From positions 184,510-248,509 of the forward strand of contig JAQGDQ010000249.1 in assembly GCA_030141605.1 (NCBI GenBank): a DNA stretch of 64,000 bases, in the 5' to 3' direction. Shown here one piece after another: positions 13,302 through 54,558 of the stretch. The position numbers and the translations under genes were made by a program. This stretch comes from Tubiluchus corallicola (lineage: Eukaryota > Animalia > Priapulida). The notes under the pieces are model-generated. The model did no database searches, had not been told where the DNA came from, and saw nothing but the letters and a program-made list of their open reading frames with translations. Numbering within the stretch: the first letter of the stretch is position 1; each line of letters starts with the position of its first letter.

Positions 13302-15948
13302 CTAATATCTCCCTAGTTATTATACTATTAGTAATTTAGTAATTATACTAATATCTCTCTAGTTATTATACTAATAGTAATGTAGTAATTATACTAATAT
13401 CTCTCTAGTTATTATACTAATAGTAATATAGTCATTATACTAATATCTCCCTAGTTATTATACTAATAGTAATATAGTCATTATACTAATATCTCCCTAG
13501 TTATTATACTAATAGTAATATAGTCATTATACTAATATCTCCCTAGTTATTAATCTAATAGTAATATAGTAATTATACTAATATCTCCCTAGTTATTATA
13601 CTAATATCTCCCTAGTTATTACTATAGTAATTAAATATAGTTATTATACTAATATCTCCCTAGTTATTATACTAATATCTCCCTAGTTATTATACTATTA
13701 GTAATTTAGTAATTATACTAATATCTCTCTAGTTATTATACTAATAGTAATATAGTCATTATACTAATATCTCCCTAGTTATTATACTAATAGTAATATA
13801 GTAATTATACTAATATCTCCCTAGTTATTATACTAATAGTAATTTAGTAATTATACTAATATCTCCCTAGTTATTATACTAATAGTAATATAATATAGTC
13901 ATTATACTAATATCTCCCTAGTTATTATACTAATAGTAATATAGTCATTATACTAATATCTCCCTAGTTATTATACTAATAGTATTATAGTCATTATACT
14001 AATATCTCCCTAGTTATTATACTAATAGTAATTTAGTAATTATACTAATATCTCCCTAGTTATTATACTATTAGTAATTTAGTAATTATACTAATATCTC
14101 TCTAGTTATTATACTAATAGTAATATAGTAATTATACTAATATCTCCCTAGTTATTATACTAATAGTAATGTAGTAATTATACTAATATCTCCCTAGTTA
14201 TTATACTAATAGTAATATAGTAATTATACTAATATCTCCCTAGTTATTATACTAATAGTAATATAGTCATTATTCTAATATCTCCCTAGTTATTATACTA
14301 ATAGTAATTTAGTAATTATACTAATATCTCCCTAGTTATTATACTAATAGTAATATAGTCATTATACTAATATCTCCCTAGTTATTATACTAATAGTAAT
14401 ATAGTCATTATACTAATATCTCCCTAGTTATTATACTAATAGTAATTTAGTAATTATACTAATATCTCCCTAGTTATTATACTAATAGTAATTTAGTAAT
14501 TATACTAATATCTCCCTAGTTATTATACTAATAGTAATGTAGTAATTATACTAATATCTCCCTAGTTATTATACTAATAGTAATATAGTCATTATACTAA
14601 TATCTCCCTAGTTATTATACTAATAGTAATATAGTCATTATTCTAATATCTCCCTAGTTATTATAATAATAGTAATTTAGTAATTATACTAATATCTCCC
14701 TAGTTATTATACTAATAGTAATTTAGTAATTATACTAATATCTCCTTAGTTATTATACTAATAGTAATTTAGTAATTATACTAATATCTCCCTAGTTATT
14801 ATACTAATAGTAATATAGTCATTATACTAATATCTCCCTAGTTATTATACTAATAGTAATTTAGTAATTATACTAATATCTCCCTAGTTATTATGCTAAT
14901 AGTAATTTAGTAATTATACTAATATCTCCCTAGTTATTATACTAATAGTAATATAGTCATTATACTAATATCTCCCTAGTTATTATACTAATAGTAATAT
15001 AGTCATTATACTAATATCTCCCTAGTTATTATACTAATAGTAATTTAGTAATTATACTAATATCTCCCTAGTTATTATACTAATAGTAATATAGTCATTA
15101 TACTAATATCTCCCTAGTTATTATACTAATAGTAATATAGTAATTATACTAATATCTCCCTAGTTATTATACTAATAGTAATATAGTCATTATACTAATA
15201 TCTCCCTAGTTATTATACTAATAGTAATTTAGTCATTATACTAATATCGCCCTAGTTATTATACTAATAGTAATATAGTAATTATACTAATATCTCTCTA
15301 GTTATTATACTAATAGTAATATAGTAATTATACTAATATCTCCCTAGTTATTAATCTAATAGTAATATAGTAATTATACTAATATCTCCCTAGTTATTAT
15401 ACTATTAGTAATTTATTAATTATACTAATATCTCTCTAGTTATTATACTAATAGTAATATAGTAATTATACTAATATCTCCCTAGTTATTATACTAATAG
15501 TAATGTAGTCATTATACTAATATCTCCCTAGTTATTATACTAATAGTAATATAGTCATTATACTAATATCTCCCTAGTTATTATACTATTATGTAATAAT
15601 ATAATTATACTAATATCTCCCTAGTTATTATACTAATAGTAATATAGTCATTATACTAATATCTCCCCAGTTATTATACTAATAGTAATATAGTCATTAT
15701 ACTAATATCTCCCTAGTTATTATACTATGAGTAATATAGTCATTATACTAATATCTCCCTAGTTATTATACTAATAGTAATGTAGTAATTATACTAATAT
15801 CTCCCTAGTTATTATACTAACAGTAATGTAGTAATTATACTAATATCTCCCTAGTTATTATACTAACAGTAATGTAGTAATTATACTAATATCTCCCTAG
15901 TTATTATACTAATAGTAATGTAGTAATTATACTAATATCTCCCTAGTT
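13302..15948. repeat. 46-bp AT-rich satellite
   Basis: TACTAATATCTCCCTAGTTATTATACTAATAGTAATATAGTCATTA. Confidence 0.97.
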
Positions 15949-16782
15949 GTTCATCTTTATCTTTTCTTTTTATTTTTTTATATGTTGATTATTATAATTT
16001 TCCTTGTCTGTACTTGTCAGGTTTATATAATTTGCTTTAAATTTGGATAGAGGTACTTGACCTGGTGATGATTTACTCATGACTTGACATTGCTTCATTT
16101 TTTCCTGCTTCTTATGTTGGTTTGAGTTCCTGATTTATATGTAATTATTAGTTTTGTTTTTGATGAGTTTAAATTTTCCATTTTGTTTGCTAATTTAAAT
16201 TTTGTCACTTCTCATTGCCAAATTTATTTACTGTTTCTAAATTTAAACTCATTTGAACTTGTTGCCTCATTTTTTTATTTTGTTATGTTGCTGATTATTC
16301 TCATTTGTACATACCTTACTTGACAGGTCACTTAATTTTCTTCAGTTTGGGTAGGGGTGGTGGTCTTGGTGACCCTTGGTCTTTTTGCCACCCCGTCTCT
16401 TTTCCATCTTTATTTTAGTTTTTAGCTTTTGTTTATGTTTATTTTGTAACATTCAGAGACAAATAATTTTTTTTGCTTACTTAGATGACAATATACCGTG
16501 CAGTAACTGCACTGCTGTTCATAGTAGGTGTTTGTGCAGTTCTTGTCAATAATGCACAAGTTTGCTAAAATTGTAATGGTGCTCGAATGTAGTCAAAGCA
16601 TCCACGAGTTGAAATATAAGTTTATCCGAGGGTCCCGTATGCATGAAATGTACGTGCAAGGTTATTTACACGCTACAGTAACTTCCTTTTTACTAAACAG
16701 CAAACAGTTTCCTCTGGGTGCTCCTATAATTTGATAACAAACGCCCACGCAGGCCTATTTAAACTGCTGGCTTATGTTTCTG

Positions 16783-17244
16783 CAGGGATGAGAATTTTCC
16801 GCAGATACACGGAATTCTGAGTTTTTGGAAGACCAGTAGTGCCATTTTTGTAAATCGCGTAAATTCGTTGAGAAAATTTTTACGGACCCAGTAGATTATT
16901 TCACAAGCTGACCGCTAGTTGGCAGGCCGTCGCTTTGTTTACATCACGTACATCAGTGTAAACACGTGTATTATGTCTATATATAAAAATATAGAATCAA
17001 TTGTGCGGAGTTATTTGAGTCAATTGCAGACAGTTTTTATATACTTTTGCATAGGAGCGGTCAGTACTTAGGCATTTTTGAGACAATTAGGTATCATGCA
17101 TCCTTGATAGTTGGGTAATTATGCATGAAAGAAGGTAATTGATATTTCAAGTCACTTAGAGGCTCTCTACGGTCACAAAATTGCAATTTGTTGTTGCCTA
17201 CGGGCTGTTTCAGAGTTTTTTGTAACTTGTCATTCTCATCCCTG
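16783..17244. mobile_element. MITE, CAGGGATGAGAA family, copy 1
   Basis: 12-bp TIRs and a 7-bp direct flank, GTTTCTG; second copy at 36727. Confidence 0.85.
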
Positions 17245-18734
17245 GTTTCTGGCATGATCTGCTAAAGGGACTGTATTGTCAGCAGTACCTGATAGCCGGC
17301 TATCTATGCGTGGTCTCTGGTCACTACCTCAACCACCATAAAGTCAAAATTATTTGATGACCAGGGTTCCCACAGTCAGGGAAAATCCTTGAAAATACAG
17401 GCTATCCTGGAAGGTCAGGGGGAAAGATAATTTTGTGAAAAAAATTTCTAAGGACAGCACTGATTTTCAACACTCTTTCTTTCGTACCTCATAACTTTAA
17501 CAAAAGACAATAATTTATCCTTCTTTTTGGGGCCTATCTAAAAAAATTTATGTAAATGTCTTTACATTTTTGGCATCTGAGAGGGACATTAGCTATTCTT
17601 TAACTTATTTAGATTGTAATTTCATGTAGTTGCTGCTGGCAACACTAGTGCAGTGTGACCAGTTTCACGTGACTAATCAGGGTTGCCATGGTCAGGGAAA
17701 ATTCTGGAAAATCCTTAAAAATACAGGCCATCTTGGAAAGTCGTGGAAAAGTCGGGAAAAAAGATAATTTGGTAAAAAGTCGGGGAAAATGATGAAAATG
17801 GGGCGAAACGTCTGAGAAATTGGAAAGGATTGCAAAAATGATCATTGTGAACTGATATTTTTCCAAACATATTTTTCAGTGATTCGTGTTCAAATAAAAT
17901 CTTGCTATGGCAGACTCCCAGTTTCGATTTCTGTTCCAAAAATAATGATTGCCCGACACATTACATGATAACACATTCTGATAACAAGATAACCTATAAA
18001 ATTTAGTACGAATCTTATATAGCTGTAGGTAGGCACGGGTGGGTGGTATTAAATTAATTTAGTACAGGTGCAATAATTGGCAATATGGGCAACCAAGACA
18101 AGGTGAAAAGATGATCTGTGACCCTTTAAATGGTCGTAAGTAAATGTTTATAAAAGGACGTTTTTAACAATGTACATTGTTATAATTCAGTTGCATGCTA
18201 TAATTTATATTATTCGGCATCGTAAATTATATAGAGGTTATAAAACAATTTACTGACGTTTATAAAACAGTTTATTGACGTTTAATAAACGAATGGTTAT
18301 ATTATCAAGAATCTATTTCATAATTACCAATTCGTAACAAAAAATCAATGAAGTTTTATGCATTACATGAGAAAAGTGTGCCTAAAAGGTGATAATTGTT
18401 AGGCAGTTGTGGTTGCTTGCCTGAGTGGAAAACTTGCAGCTTAGATACTTCGTTGTTGACGGTCAAAATGCTGTGGAGATCGTCTTCGACAGCACCGGTA
18501 CAGAATTCCAAAAAGATGCAGCTTTGTAGAAAAAGTTATAATTTATATATTTGACTAATTCTGTTTTTGTACACGGAGGGGGTTGTTGACATTACCTGGT
18601 GCACTGTTGCCGTTGTCGTTATAGTTATAACCGTGGCCGTGAATGATGAACAGTGATGTTGACGTTGCTGTTGATGCTGCTTTTGTTTTCTTGATCCTAT
18701 TCTTCTTTCTCTCAGTTTTTTATTGTTTTCGCTC

Positions 18735-18747
18735 GCTCTCTCTCTCT

Positions 18748-18846
<99 letters not shown>

Positions 18847-18925
18847 CTCGTTCTCGTTCTCGTTCTCGTTCTCGTTCTCGTTCTCGCTCTCGCTCTCCCT
18901 CTCCCTCCCTCTCTCCTCTCTCTCT
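18735..18925. repeat. (CT)n microsatellite; others at 27520-27772 and 32289-32500
   Basis: Direct reading. Confidence 0.95.
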
Positions 18926-19886
18926 TTATTCGCTTTGTTAAAATTCGCGAGATTTTAATTCAGTTTTGTTTGCTAGGTTTATGCACAGTAAGTGATAAGC
19001 ATTTGACCAACATGGTCCATTTATCTGCTTAGATTGTGCCCAAGGTCTGTGTATTTTACGTTCGCAGACATTAACTACAAGCCTCCGATGAAAAATCTCT
19101 ATTGTGATTAAAGATATCACGGCTCAGCCGTACGACAATTTACTCAGAACTGGCTAGTAAACAACCTCGTTAATTTCTAACCGGTGTTGGGAATTTTCCC
19201 GAGAGGTCATAAAACTCGAATACTCGCGCGGCGGCTGAGCTCCCGTCAAAACACGAGGTTCTTTTAATCTCCGCTCGATGGCGCTCGTCTTTTGAAGGGT
19301 ACTTTTCGGATTGTTGCGTCGTTTTTACCGCCGCCTTGTGGTAATTCGATCAGGAATATTCCTGTTTATGTTATTGTCGGTGCTTGTTTTTTTTTATTTT
19401 TGATTATTTATTTATTAAGGTATCCGTGTATACAATAAAATTGAAATACATAAAATAACAATACAGATCCGTCTGCATAAAGTTTGTGGCAATGAGCCAT
19501 AGAAATTCTAGGAGCAAATGCAAAAAATTCATGTCTATTTTCCCTATGAATCATATTATAGCACATTTTAGATCGTGATGAATTCTTCTCTTTTCTAATG
19601 ACAACATGTTATTCAAAGCTAAATGTCTGTTAAGGTCAGATGCAACAGTAAATGTAAACCTAGCGTACACTCTTCTGTGAAATACCTTTGCACATTGTTA
19701 ATAATGTCGTTGTCTCTCATTAGGTGGAGACACCGTACTGGCATACAATATTCCATAATAGGGTGAACATAAGACTTAAAAACTATATGTCTCTATCTGT
19801 TGTAAACTGAAAACAACAAAAGATCATGTTTGTTGCACGATTTGCTTTAGAAGTCTGTCTGTTAGTCATTTTAGTCATCTGTGCTT

Positions 19887-20342
19887 GTTGGCATCCTTCT
19901 GTCTCGGAAGACAATGGAGTGTGCGCCAAGAGAGTCAGTTATTGATCACATTGATGGAGCTGCAGCGTCGACTGTGGCTGAGCAGTGTGAGCAGTGGCCT
20001 CTCCAGGGCACACGCTTGGGCAAGGTGTATGGAGATCATGAGTCCAAAGGAAAGCGGAGCGATACGTTTGGCACCAGGTTGGCTGCAGGAGCTGCCGGAG
20101 TCAGTGAGCATGCTGCACTGATCCGCCTTCGGGGCTCCACTCCTGATTTGGGAGGTTTACTCCTCTACACATGGCCGTTGGGTCACTTGACCTCCTCCAC
20201 CCTCTAGCCGTTGGCTGCTTGTGCAGCTCCTCCGCCTAGTGTCGAGATACAGTGTGGCATCCCGCAACCCTACAGCACCTACTATTCCTAGGCAGTCACC
20301 CATCCAAGCACTAACCAGGCTCTACTTGCTTAACTTCGGTGA
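19887..20342 (-). mobile_element. 5S-headed SINE copy C, 5'-truncated, with long target-site duplication
   Basis: Starts inside the 5S head, has internal deletions, and is flanked by direct repeats GATTTGCTTTAGAAGTCTGTCTGTTAGTCAT..GTGCTT (19839-19886 and 20341-20379). Confidence 0.88.
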
Positions 20343-20768
20343 TTTGCTTTAGAAGTCTGTCTGTTAGTCATGTGTGCTTAGCCATTTAGTAAACGTTGTT
20401 TGAGAATCACACAGGCTACAGAAAATCCTTAGCCTCTTTTGTTAATTAGCATCACCCCTGAAATATCGCTCTTTCACCTCCGCCCACAGACCTACGTGGT
20501 GTGTAATGTAGCTAATACATGTACTAACGATTGATGATGGGTTTACGTAAGCCAAGGTATCGTTTATTTCCACATAAGTAATCTACTAGTACACGTACAC
20601 ATGCATGTGCTAATTTTGTAGAGAAAATTATCAGTTTACAGTACGGTTAAACTATTAGAGTCTCACTAACTATAATATACTTCGTTACGCATGCGCTAAT
20701 TAACATCTGAACCGTGGTTGGAAGTTAACCCCCGTGCTTTGTGACCCCACAACCAAGGTCCGTAGCTT

Positions 20769-21163
20769 AATAAGCCTTTTCACAGTTCCAGCGATCGATG
20801 GTGATCGTGAAAAGATCAGAGGTTAAGTGTACCAGACCACGCATCTGAGTACACTTGACAACGCCTCGCAGCTCATGCTATTGTAACACTAACAATTTTA
20901 ACAGGTAGCTAGAACCTTGCCTAGTTCATTTTTCTTGTTCCCAAGCAAGATCCTGCTAGTAAATCACTCTACCCGCAGACTAATGCATAGTTAAGTAAAG
21001 TCCACGTTAAAAAAAGTGACGTTACTGAACTGAAGCGGCAGACGGCTTTGCTTTATGTGCATGTCACGTGACAGTTGTAGTTAAGACGCTTTGCTGTGGT
21101 ACACTTAACCTTTGGCGTACAACAACTGTGCATGCGCACAACGAAACTGTGAAAAGGCTTATT
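20769..21163. mobile_element. Unclassified MITE with 19-bp TIRs; further copies at ~30855-31230 (inverted), ~44560-44875 and ~45135-45437
   Basis: AATAAGCCTTTTCACAGTT / AACTGTGAAAAGGCTTATT; shared body GTACACTTGACAACGCCTCGCAG. Confidence 0.85.
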
Positions 21164-21661
21164 GATATATTACGGAATGCCGCTTGCTATGTTACGTTTA
21201 CATTATAGATACTGCGATATTGGCCGATAATAATTAAAAATTGACCTTTATGAGGTCAGAATACTGTAACATTGACCTCTACTCTGTGTCCTGGAATCAA
21301 CTATTACATGTTCTGCAGTCTGCTATTAGGTTTATAAATAGCCCTTATATTGCTTAACTCCTGCAGCCTTGTTTACCTATTTTTCTGCTCTAACTGTTTG
21401 TTTTGCTTTAATAATAGATATGATTAGACTACGTTTCAAGCATGTGCTTTTTTGTTAACTCCTAACTGCTGTCATTAGAACTTTAAAAAATGCAAAGAAA
21501 ACAACAAAGTTCTCCCAGTTTCGGCATGTCTTTTTAAGGATTACATAGATTTCAAACGTAGAATGTTGTACAGTCATCCAATGAATCACACGTCCGGGGA
21601 CATGATTCTGCTCACCTCCCTATGCCAGGACTCCCTGCTCGCCGCAATGCCCCAAGTGGAT

Positions 21662-21930
21662 TTATTTCAAAGGATCAATGCTGAAGTGTTTTAATCTTTC
21701 TGTGCAAAATCTAAATATGTTAACATTTGTCCTCCTGCAGGTTTTTTTAGCTGGTTCTATGGCTTGTTGAAGAGCTATCTTCACTGGAATATCATCAGGT
21801 AGTCTAACCATATGCCCAATCCATCTTATTTTTCTTGTCCAAGGTTCTTCTTTTATTTTTTCATATAGATCTTTGTTTGAAATTTTCTTTGGCCATCTAA
21901 TACCCAAAATGTTTCTGTAATTTCGCCTTC
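21662..21930 (-). pseudogene. Decayed RTE-like non-LTR retrotransposon ORF fragment
   Basis: GIRWPKKISNKDLYEK...IRWIGHMVRLPDDIPVKIAL resembles the post-RT (LRWxGHVxRM) region of RTE-group LINEs. Confidence 0.7.
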
Positions 21931-22499
21931 TGTATAAAGGCGTTATACAGAATGTTTTCTGAATGAATGAAAATTGTGGACGAGTACAGTACTTTTACTC
22001 AGCGAGCGTGTTTGTACAGGAACAATGCTTTAACAAATTCCATTGTCTTCCGCCTTCGTCCGCCAACGCGTCTGTTGCTATGACGATGGACAAGTACAGT
22101 ACTGCTATGCAGCGAGCGTTTTTGTACAGGAACAATGCTTTAACGAATTCCATTGTCTTCCGCCTTCGTCCGCCAACGCGTCTGTTGCTATGACGATGAC
22201 ATCTCGTTGATAATCTCGTATTTCTGCAGAAACAGGTACCGTAAAACGTGGTGAATAGGGGGTGGGGTGGGGTTAGGGTAACAGTTTTTACATTCAAACT
22301 GCCGTAACTTTTGGTAGTTATATGGCAGCATACATAACCTATCTTTTGATTGTATTGTTCTTATGATAAAAATCTTGCATTGTTTTTTTTTTATTTAAGA
22401 GGCAGCGTCCCTATTCACCCCGCATTTTAGGGTGAGCAGGGACAGCCTTATTTTTAGTTGTTGTACCTACATCTTCTATTACATGAGGTGGAAGGAGAC

Positions 22500-22855
22500 T
22501 TTCCATCTGTGCCACTTTTACCATGCCTTTTTGCCTGTGCCATTTTTACCTAATTTCCATTTGGGCCATTCTTTCCTGTGCCATTTTTACCTAATTCCCA
22601 TTTGTGCCATTCTTTCCTGTGCCATTTTTACCTACTTTTCCATTTGTGACATTTTTGCCTGTACCATTGTCCTGTGCCATTTTTTCATGCCTTTTTGCCT
22701 GTGCCATTTTTACCTAATTTCTATTTTGCGCCATTCTTTCCTGTGCCATTTTTACATACTTGTCCATTTGTGGCATTTTTACTTGTACAATTTTCCTGTG
22801 CCGTTTTTACCGTGCCATTTTTTTCCTGTGCCATTTTTACTGTGCCATTTTTTTA
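22500..22855. repeat. Degenerate GTGCCATTTTTACC minisatellite (same family as 35200-36410)
   Basis: Shared core motif. Confidence 0.85.
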
Positions 22856-23275
22856 GTGTCTGTGTATTTCATTGTTAAAATTGTAACTGTTTTGTGATGA
22901 ATTGTACATGTATGTATTTAAAGGCGCCATTGACTAATAAAACACGAAAAAAATATGTAAACCGTATGAATTACTACGTTGCTCTGGCCAATTTCACTTT
23001 TCCCGATTCCAACATTTCGTTTATTAGCATTATCTGTGACCTCTTAGCGTTCTTGTTGGTATTTAATGGTTACGTTACTGGTACTAAGTGGTCCTATTGA
23101 CGGTAGATGTCGTGACAGCGGTGCAAGGTTCGTGAACTACGGCGCTTCCACGTACCTAATCTGTTTATCTAATTTTACGACCGATTGTAGTTTAACGTAC
23201 ACGTCATTCGTGAGTCACTGTGAGCTGTTGTTAATTAATACTAGTATATCCCTGATTTCCCTATATCCCTATATT

Positions 23276-23380
23276 CCCTACGGCCATATTACGCTGAAAA
23301 CACCGGTTCTCGTCTGATCTAATAACTGACTGTCTTGGCGCACACTCCATTGTCTTCCGAGACAGAAGGATGCCAACAAC
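23276..23380 (+). mobile_element. Mini derivative of the SINE (5S 5' end fused to the 3' tail), copy D
   Basis: CCTACGGCCATATTACGCTGAAAACACCGGTTCTCGTCTGATC joined directly to AATAACTGAC...GAGACAGAAGGATGCCAACAAC. Confidence 0.85.
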
Positions 23381-24209
23381 CATCTCTAAGTCATAAGTCA
23401 TTTATTTCACCTTACACATTTACAATAGTTTCATGTACAATATCTAGTGAAAGGGCCTACAATGGATGTAATACAAATAAGAAATACTGCACAGGAAAAG
23501 CCTCAAACACTGTTCACTTATACACGAAGGTAAATGTGTTGAGGGAATCAAAAAGCAGGGCTGAGATAGAAAAAAAAGTAATGGAGATAATCTGAAAATT
23601 TAAAGTGAATCGTGATAAAAAAAAACATTAGTGCTTAAAATGGAATGATGTAATGAATGAAGCTCATATATGAGATGATATAAAAGATAGAAAGACTATT
23701 ATTTGTTAATAGTATGTAAAATTAAAATAACTTGATTAAGCCAACACCACTGTTTTGCAACTACTGTGAGGATGGATACTGATAGAAATTTTGATTCATC
23801 ATCTCTCGTAATGCTCACCTTGTAGACTTCTGTGGAGGCATTTCAGCGTGTGTTGTTGCTCTGCAGTACTTGATTTCACTTTTCAGTTGCTGGGCTGAGT
23901 TTACACCATTGGCACAATGCCACGTAGACACTAGAGTGAGCTAGACAGTCTGCAAAACAACAGAATCTAGCTAATCTAGACAAGACTGTTTTTCTACCCT
24001 TGAATTAGGCGGGGAATTTGGAAACTGCAATTCTGTATCGCTGAGTCAGTGGAAGAAAATTTGTGTCTTTCGACAGTTCGAAGAAGATGAAACAAAACTG
24101 TAAGGAACTTTAGAATATACACTTTTAGGGGACTATTGCAATTTACATAATAATGTCTGGATGTTACATTTTCCTCGGTTTTAACATGTTCATTGAGCGA
24201 CGATCGTTT

Positions 24210-24474
24210 CGGTTACTGAAGCCATTGTCGGTTACTGAAGCCATTGTCGGTTACTGAAGCAATTGTCGGTTACTGAAGCAATTGTCGGTTACTGAAGCCA
24301 TTGTCGGTTACTGAAGCAATTGTCGGTTACTGAAGCCATTGTCGGTTACTGAAGCAATTGTCGGTTACTGAAGCCATTGTCGGTTACTGAAGCCATTGTC
24401 GGTTACTGAAGCCATTGTCGGTTACTGAAGCAATTGTCGGTTACTGAAGCAATTGTCGGTTACTGAAGCCATTG
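24210..24474. repeat. 19-bp minisatellite CGGTTACTGAAGCMATTGT
   Basis: Direct reading. Confidence 0.95.
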
Positions 24475-24617
24475 CTTGTTTACTTTTGCTTTTTTGGGAA
24501 GTAGGAGAATCTACTAACTAAGATAGGAAAATGATCAGAAAACTTCCAACGAAGAACTTCATTTCAGTAGAATTTTCTTTCCTTGTCCTTAGTGTTCCCG
24601 AAAATTGCGGGAGCAAC

Positions 24618-24760
24618 ATGTCTGTCTGCCCTAAGGCCAAATCAAAATGGCTGTCTGCCCTAAGGCCAAATCGAAATGGCTGTCTGCCTTAAGGCCAAAT
24701 CGAAATGTCTGTCTGCCCTAAGGCCAAATCGAAATGTCTCTCTGCCCTAAGGCCAAATCC
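24618..24760. repeat. 29-bp minisatellite
   Basis: TGTCTGTCTGCCCTAAGGCCAAATCGAAA, about five copies. Confidence 0.9.
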
Positions 24761-24879
24761 ATGGCCAATCAGAAAAAGGCTGGACATCATTCATTAGCAT
24801 TATGAACGTTTCTCATACATTAATCGCATTTTTTTTCAATTTCTGTCAGTCTTTGGCCACTTATTGGATAACGATGGCG

Positions 24880-25593
24880 TGACTACTACAAGTGCGTGTA
24901 GGTAACCGTAGTTCCGGGTATTATACCAACTTGGCACCCCCCCCCCCCCGATTCAATCTTTTAACTTCTAATATCGTTCACGGATTTGCAATTATCATTT
25001 TGAGAGTGAATCATGTGTGTTTACGCGTGGTTCATCCTCGGAATTAAGGTTAGTTTCCCGTAAACAGCTCGATATCGTCCAGCAGTCAGCTGCTGCGGTG
25101 CATTGTGGGTAGCGTGATGCGCGCGCATGCTGTGCCTGGCTGCTTTTCACACGCCAACTTGTACGCTAAACGGCGTGTTTATATAAAAGGACTCTACACA
25201 TTTATTGTGTGTGAATAAAATGCGTAATTCGTGTGTCAGGGTTTTTATCATCCGTATTAAGAAAGTATTGTAAAAACTCAGTCGTGGAAGACAAATGAAT
25301 GGACGTTGTAAAGTGAACATACGAGCTACTGTATCTTGAATTGTGACTGTCACTTTGTCTGTTCCATTTTTTTATTGTCAGCAGGAGAGAGCCAACTGTA
25401 AAAACACGTGTCTGTCTGGTGGCAAACTCAGACTGCTTTGTGTCTGCTAGACGTGTTGCTACGGTCGCGATAGTGTCGTTAATATATACGAAAGCGAAAG
25501 TGAAAACTGTTTGAAGTGAGACTTCGTGTAAATTCTCCGAGAAAAACGTTTTCACCCTAGCTGGAGAATTTAATTTAATTTGATTTATAAGCT
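24880..25593 (+). promoter_or_regulatory. Probable PDPK1 promoter and 5' UTR
   Basis: Local CpG enrichment, Staf/ZNF143-like TGCATTGTGGGTA (25099-25111), GCGCATGC NRF1-like motif, TATAAAAG (25182-25189). Confidence 0.55.
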
Positions 25594-53423
<27,830 letters not shown>

Positions 53424-53721
53424 GGATCGCAGACGTCCGGCTACCGTGGTTACACAAGCGAGTCGTTCGGCTCCGTTGATTTAGATGTGTATAATTTCTC
53501 TCGCTTTATGATAATTTAATTATCGGACGCGTCGGCAGCGTCCGAGAGCGTCATCCGGGCAACTCGCGGCCCGGCTGTTTTACTGTTTATAATATTTCTG
53601 AACGAATCTTTTCTTTATCAATCTGAAGCAATAAATAGGCGTTGTGCTATTTCGCGATTTTGTTACGGATTGTAAAAACGACCAGTCGGTTTCTACCGAT
53701 ATCTAAAAATGATTTCGAGTA

Positions 53722-54558
53722 CAGTGAACTCCGCGTAACTCAAAATTTCGCCCAATTCAAAGAATTTGAGCAGAACTGATACAAATCCTTCGTTTTTTCA
53801 TACAAAAAACTTCGCTTTATTCAAAATGTATAATTCAAAATTTTGCCTGGCTCAAATCAAAATTATGGTCCATTTAATCAAAATACGTGTAATTTACTTC
53901 TCCTAACTCAAAAATGCAATTTATACTCTAGAAAAATAAAAACCTTCGTACACCTGAAAAACAGTATCGTCTTCCGGGAAAATTCCGATGTGTTACAAGT
54001 CCCCCCTTCCCGATTATTGGACGCACAAACTGAACTGCAGTACGTAAGACATTGGTAGCTCCACTGTCATATTGTTTAACAGTGTTGTGTACGTGTCCTT
54101 TTATAACATAAAAACTTATGTTTCACTACATAATGTATTATTGTTTATGTAATTGTCATCAAATCTCGTCGTTTATGTACAGAAGGGTTGACTTTCTGTC
54201 TTCTATTTAGCTCGCCATCTGGAGGAGGGGTTTGGAGTTTCTCTACGTAATTTGTTATTCTTTATGTAATTGTCGTCAAATCTCGTCGTTTATGTATAGA
54301 AGGGTTGACTTTCTGCCTTCTATTTAACTCCGCCATCTGGAGGAGGGGTTTAGAGTTTCTCTACATAATTTGTTATTCTTTATGTAATTGTCATCAAATC
54401 TCGTCGTTTATGTATAGAAGGGTTGACTTTCTCCCTTCTATTTAGCTCCGCCATCTGGAGGAGGGGTTTAGAGTTTCTATGCTGGAAAATGACCAACATC
54501 ACGTAACTCGAAGTTTTTTTTCTGGTTCGATTGCATTTGAGTTACGCGGAGTTTACTG
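53722..54558. mobile_element. Tc1/pogo-like MITE in PDPK1 3' region with an internal ~115-bp triplication
   Basis: TA|CAGTGAACTCCGCGTAACTCAAA ... TTTGAGTTACGCGGAGTTTACTG|TA. Confidence 0.85.
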
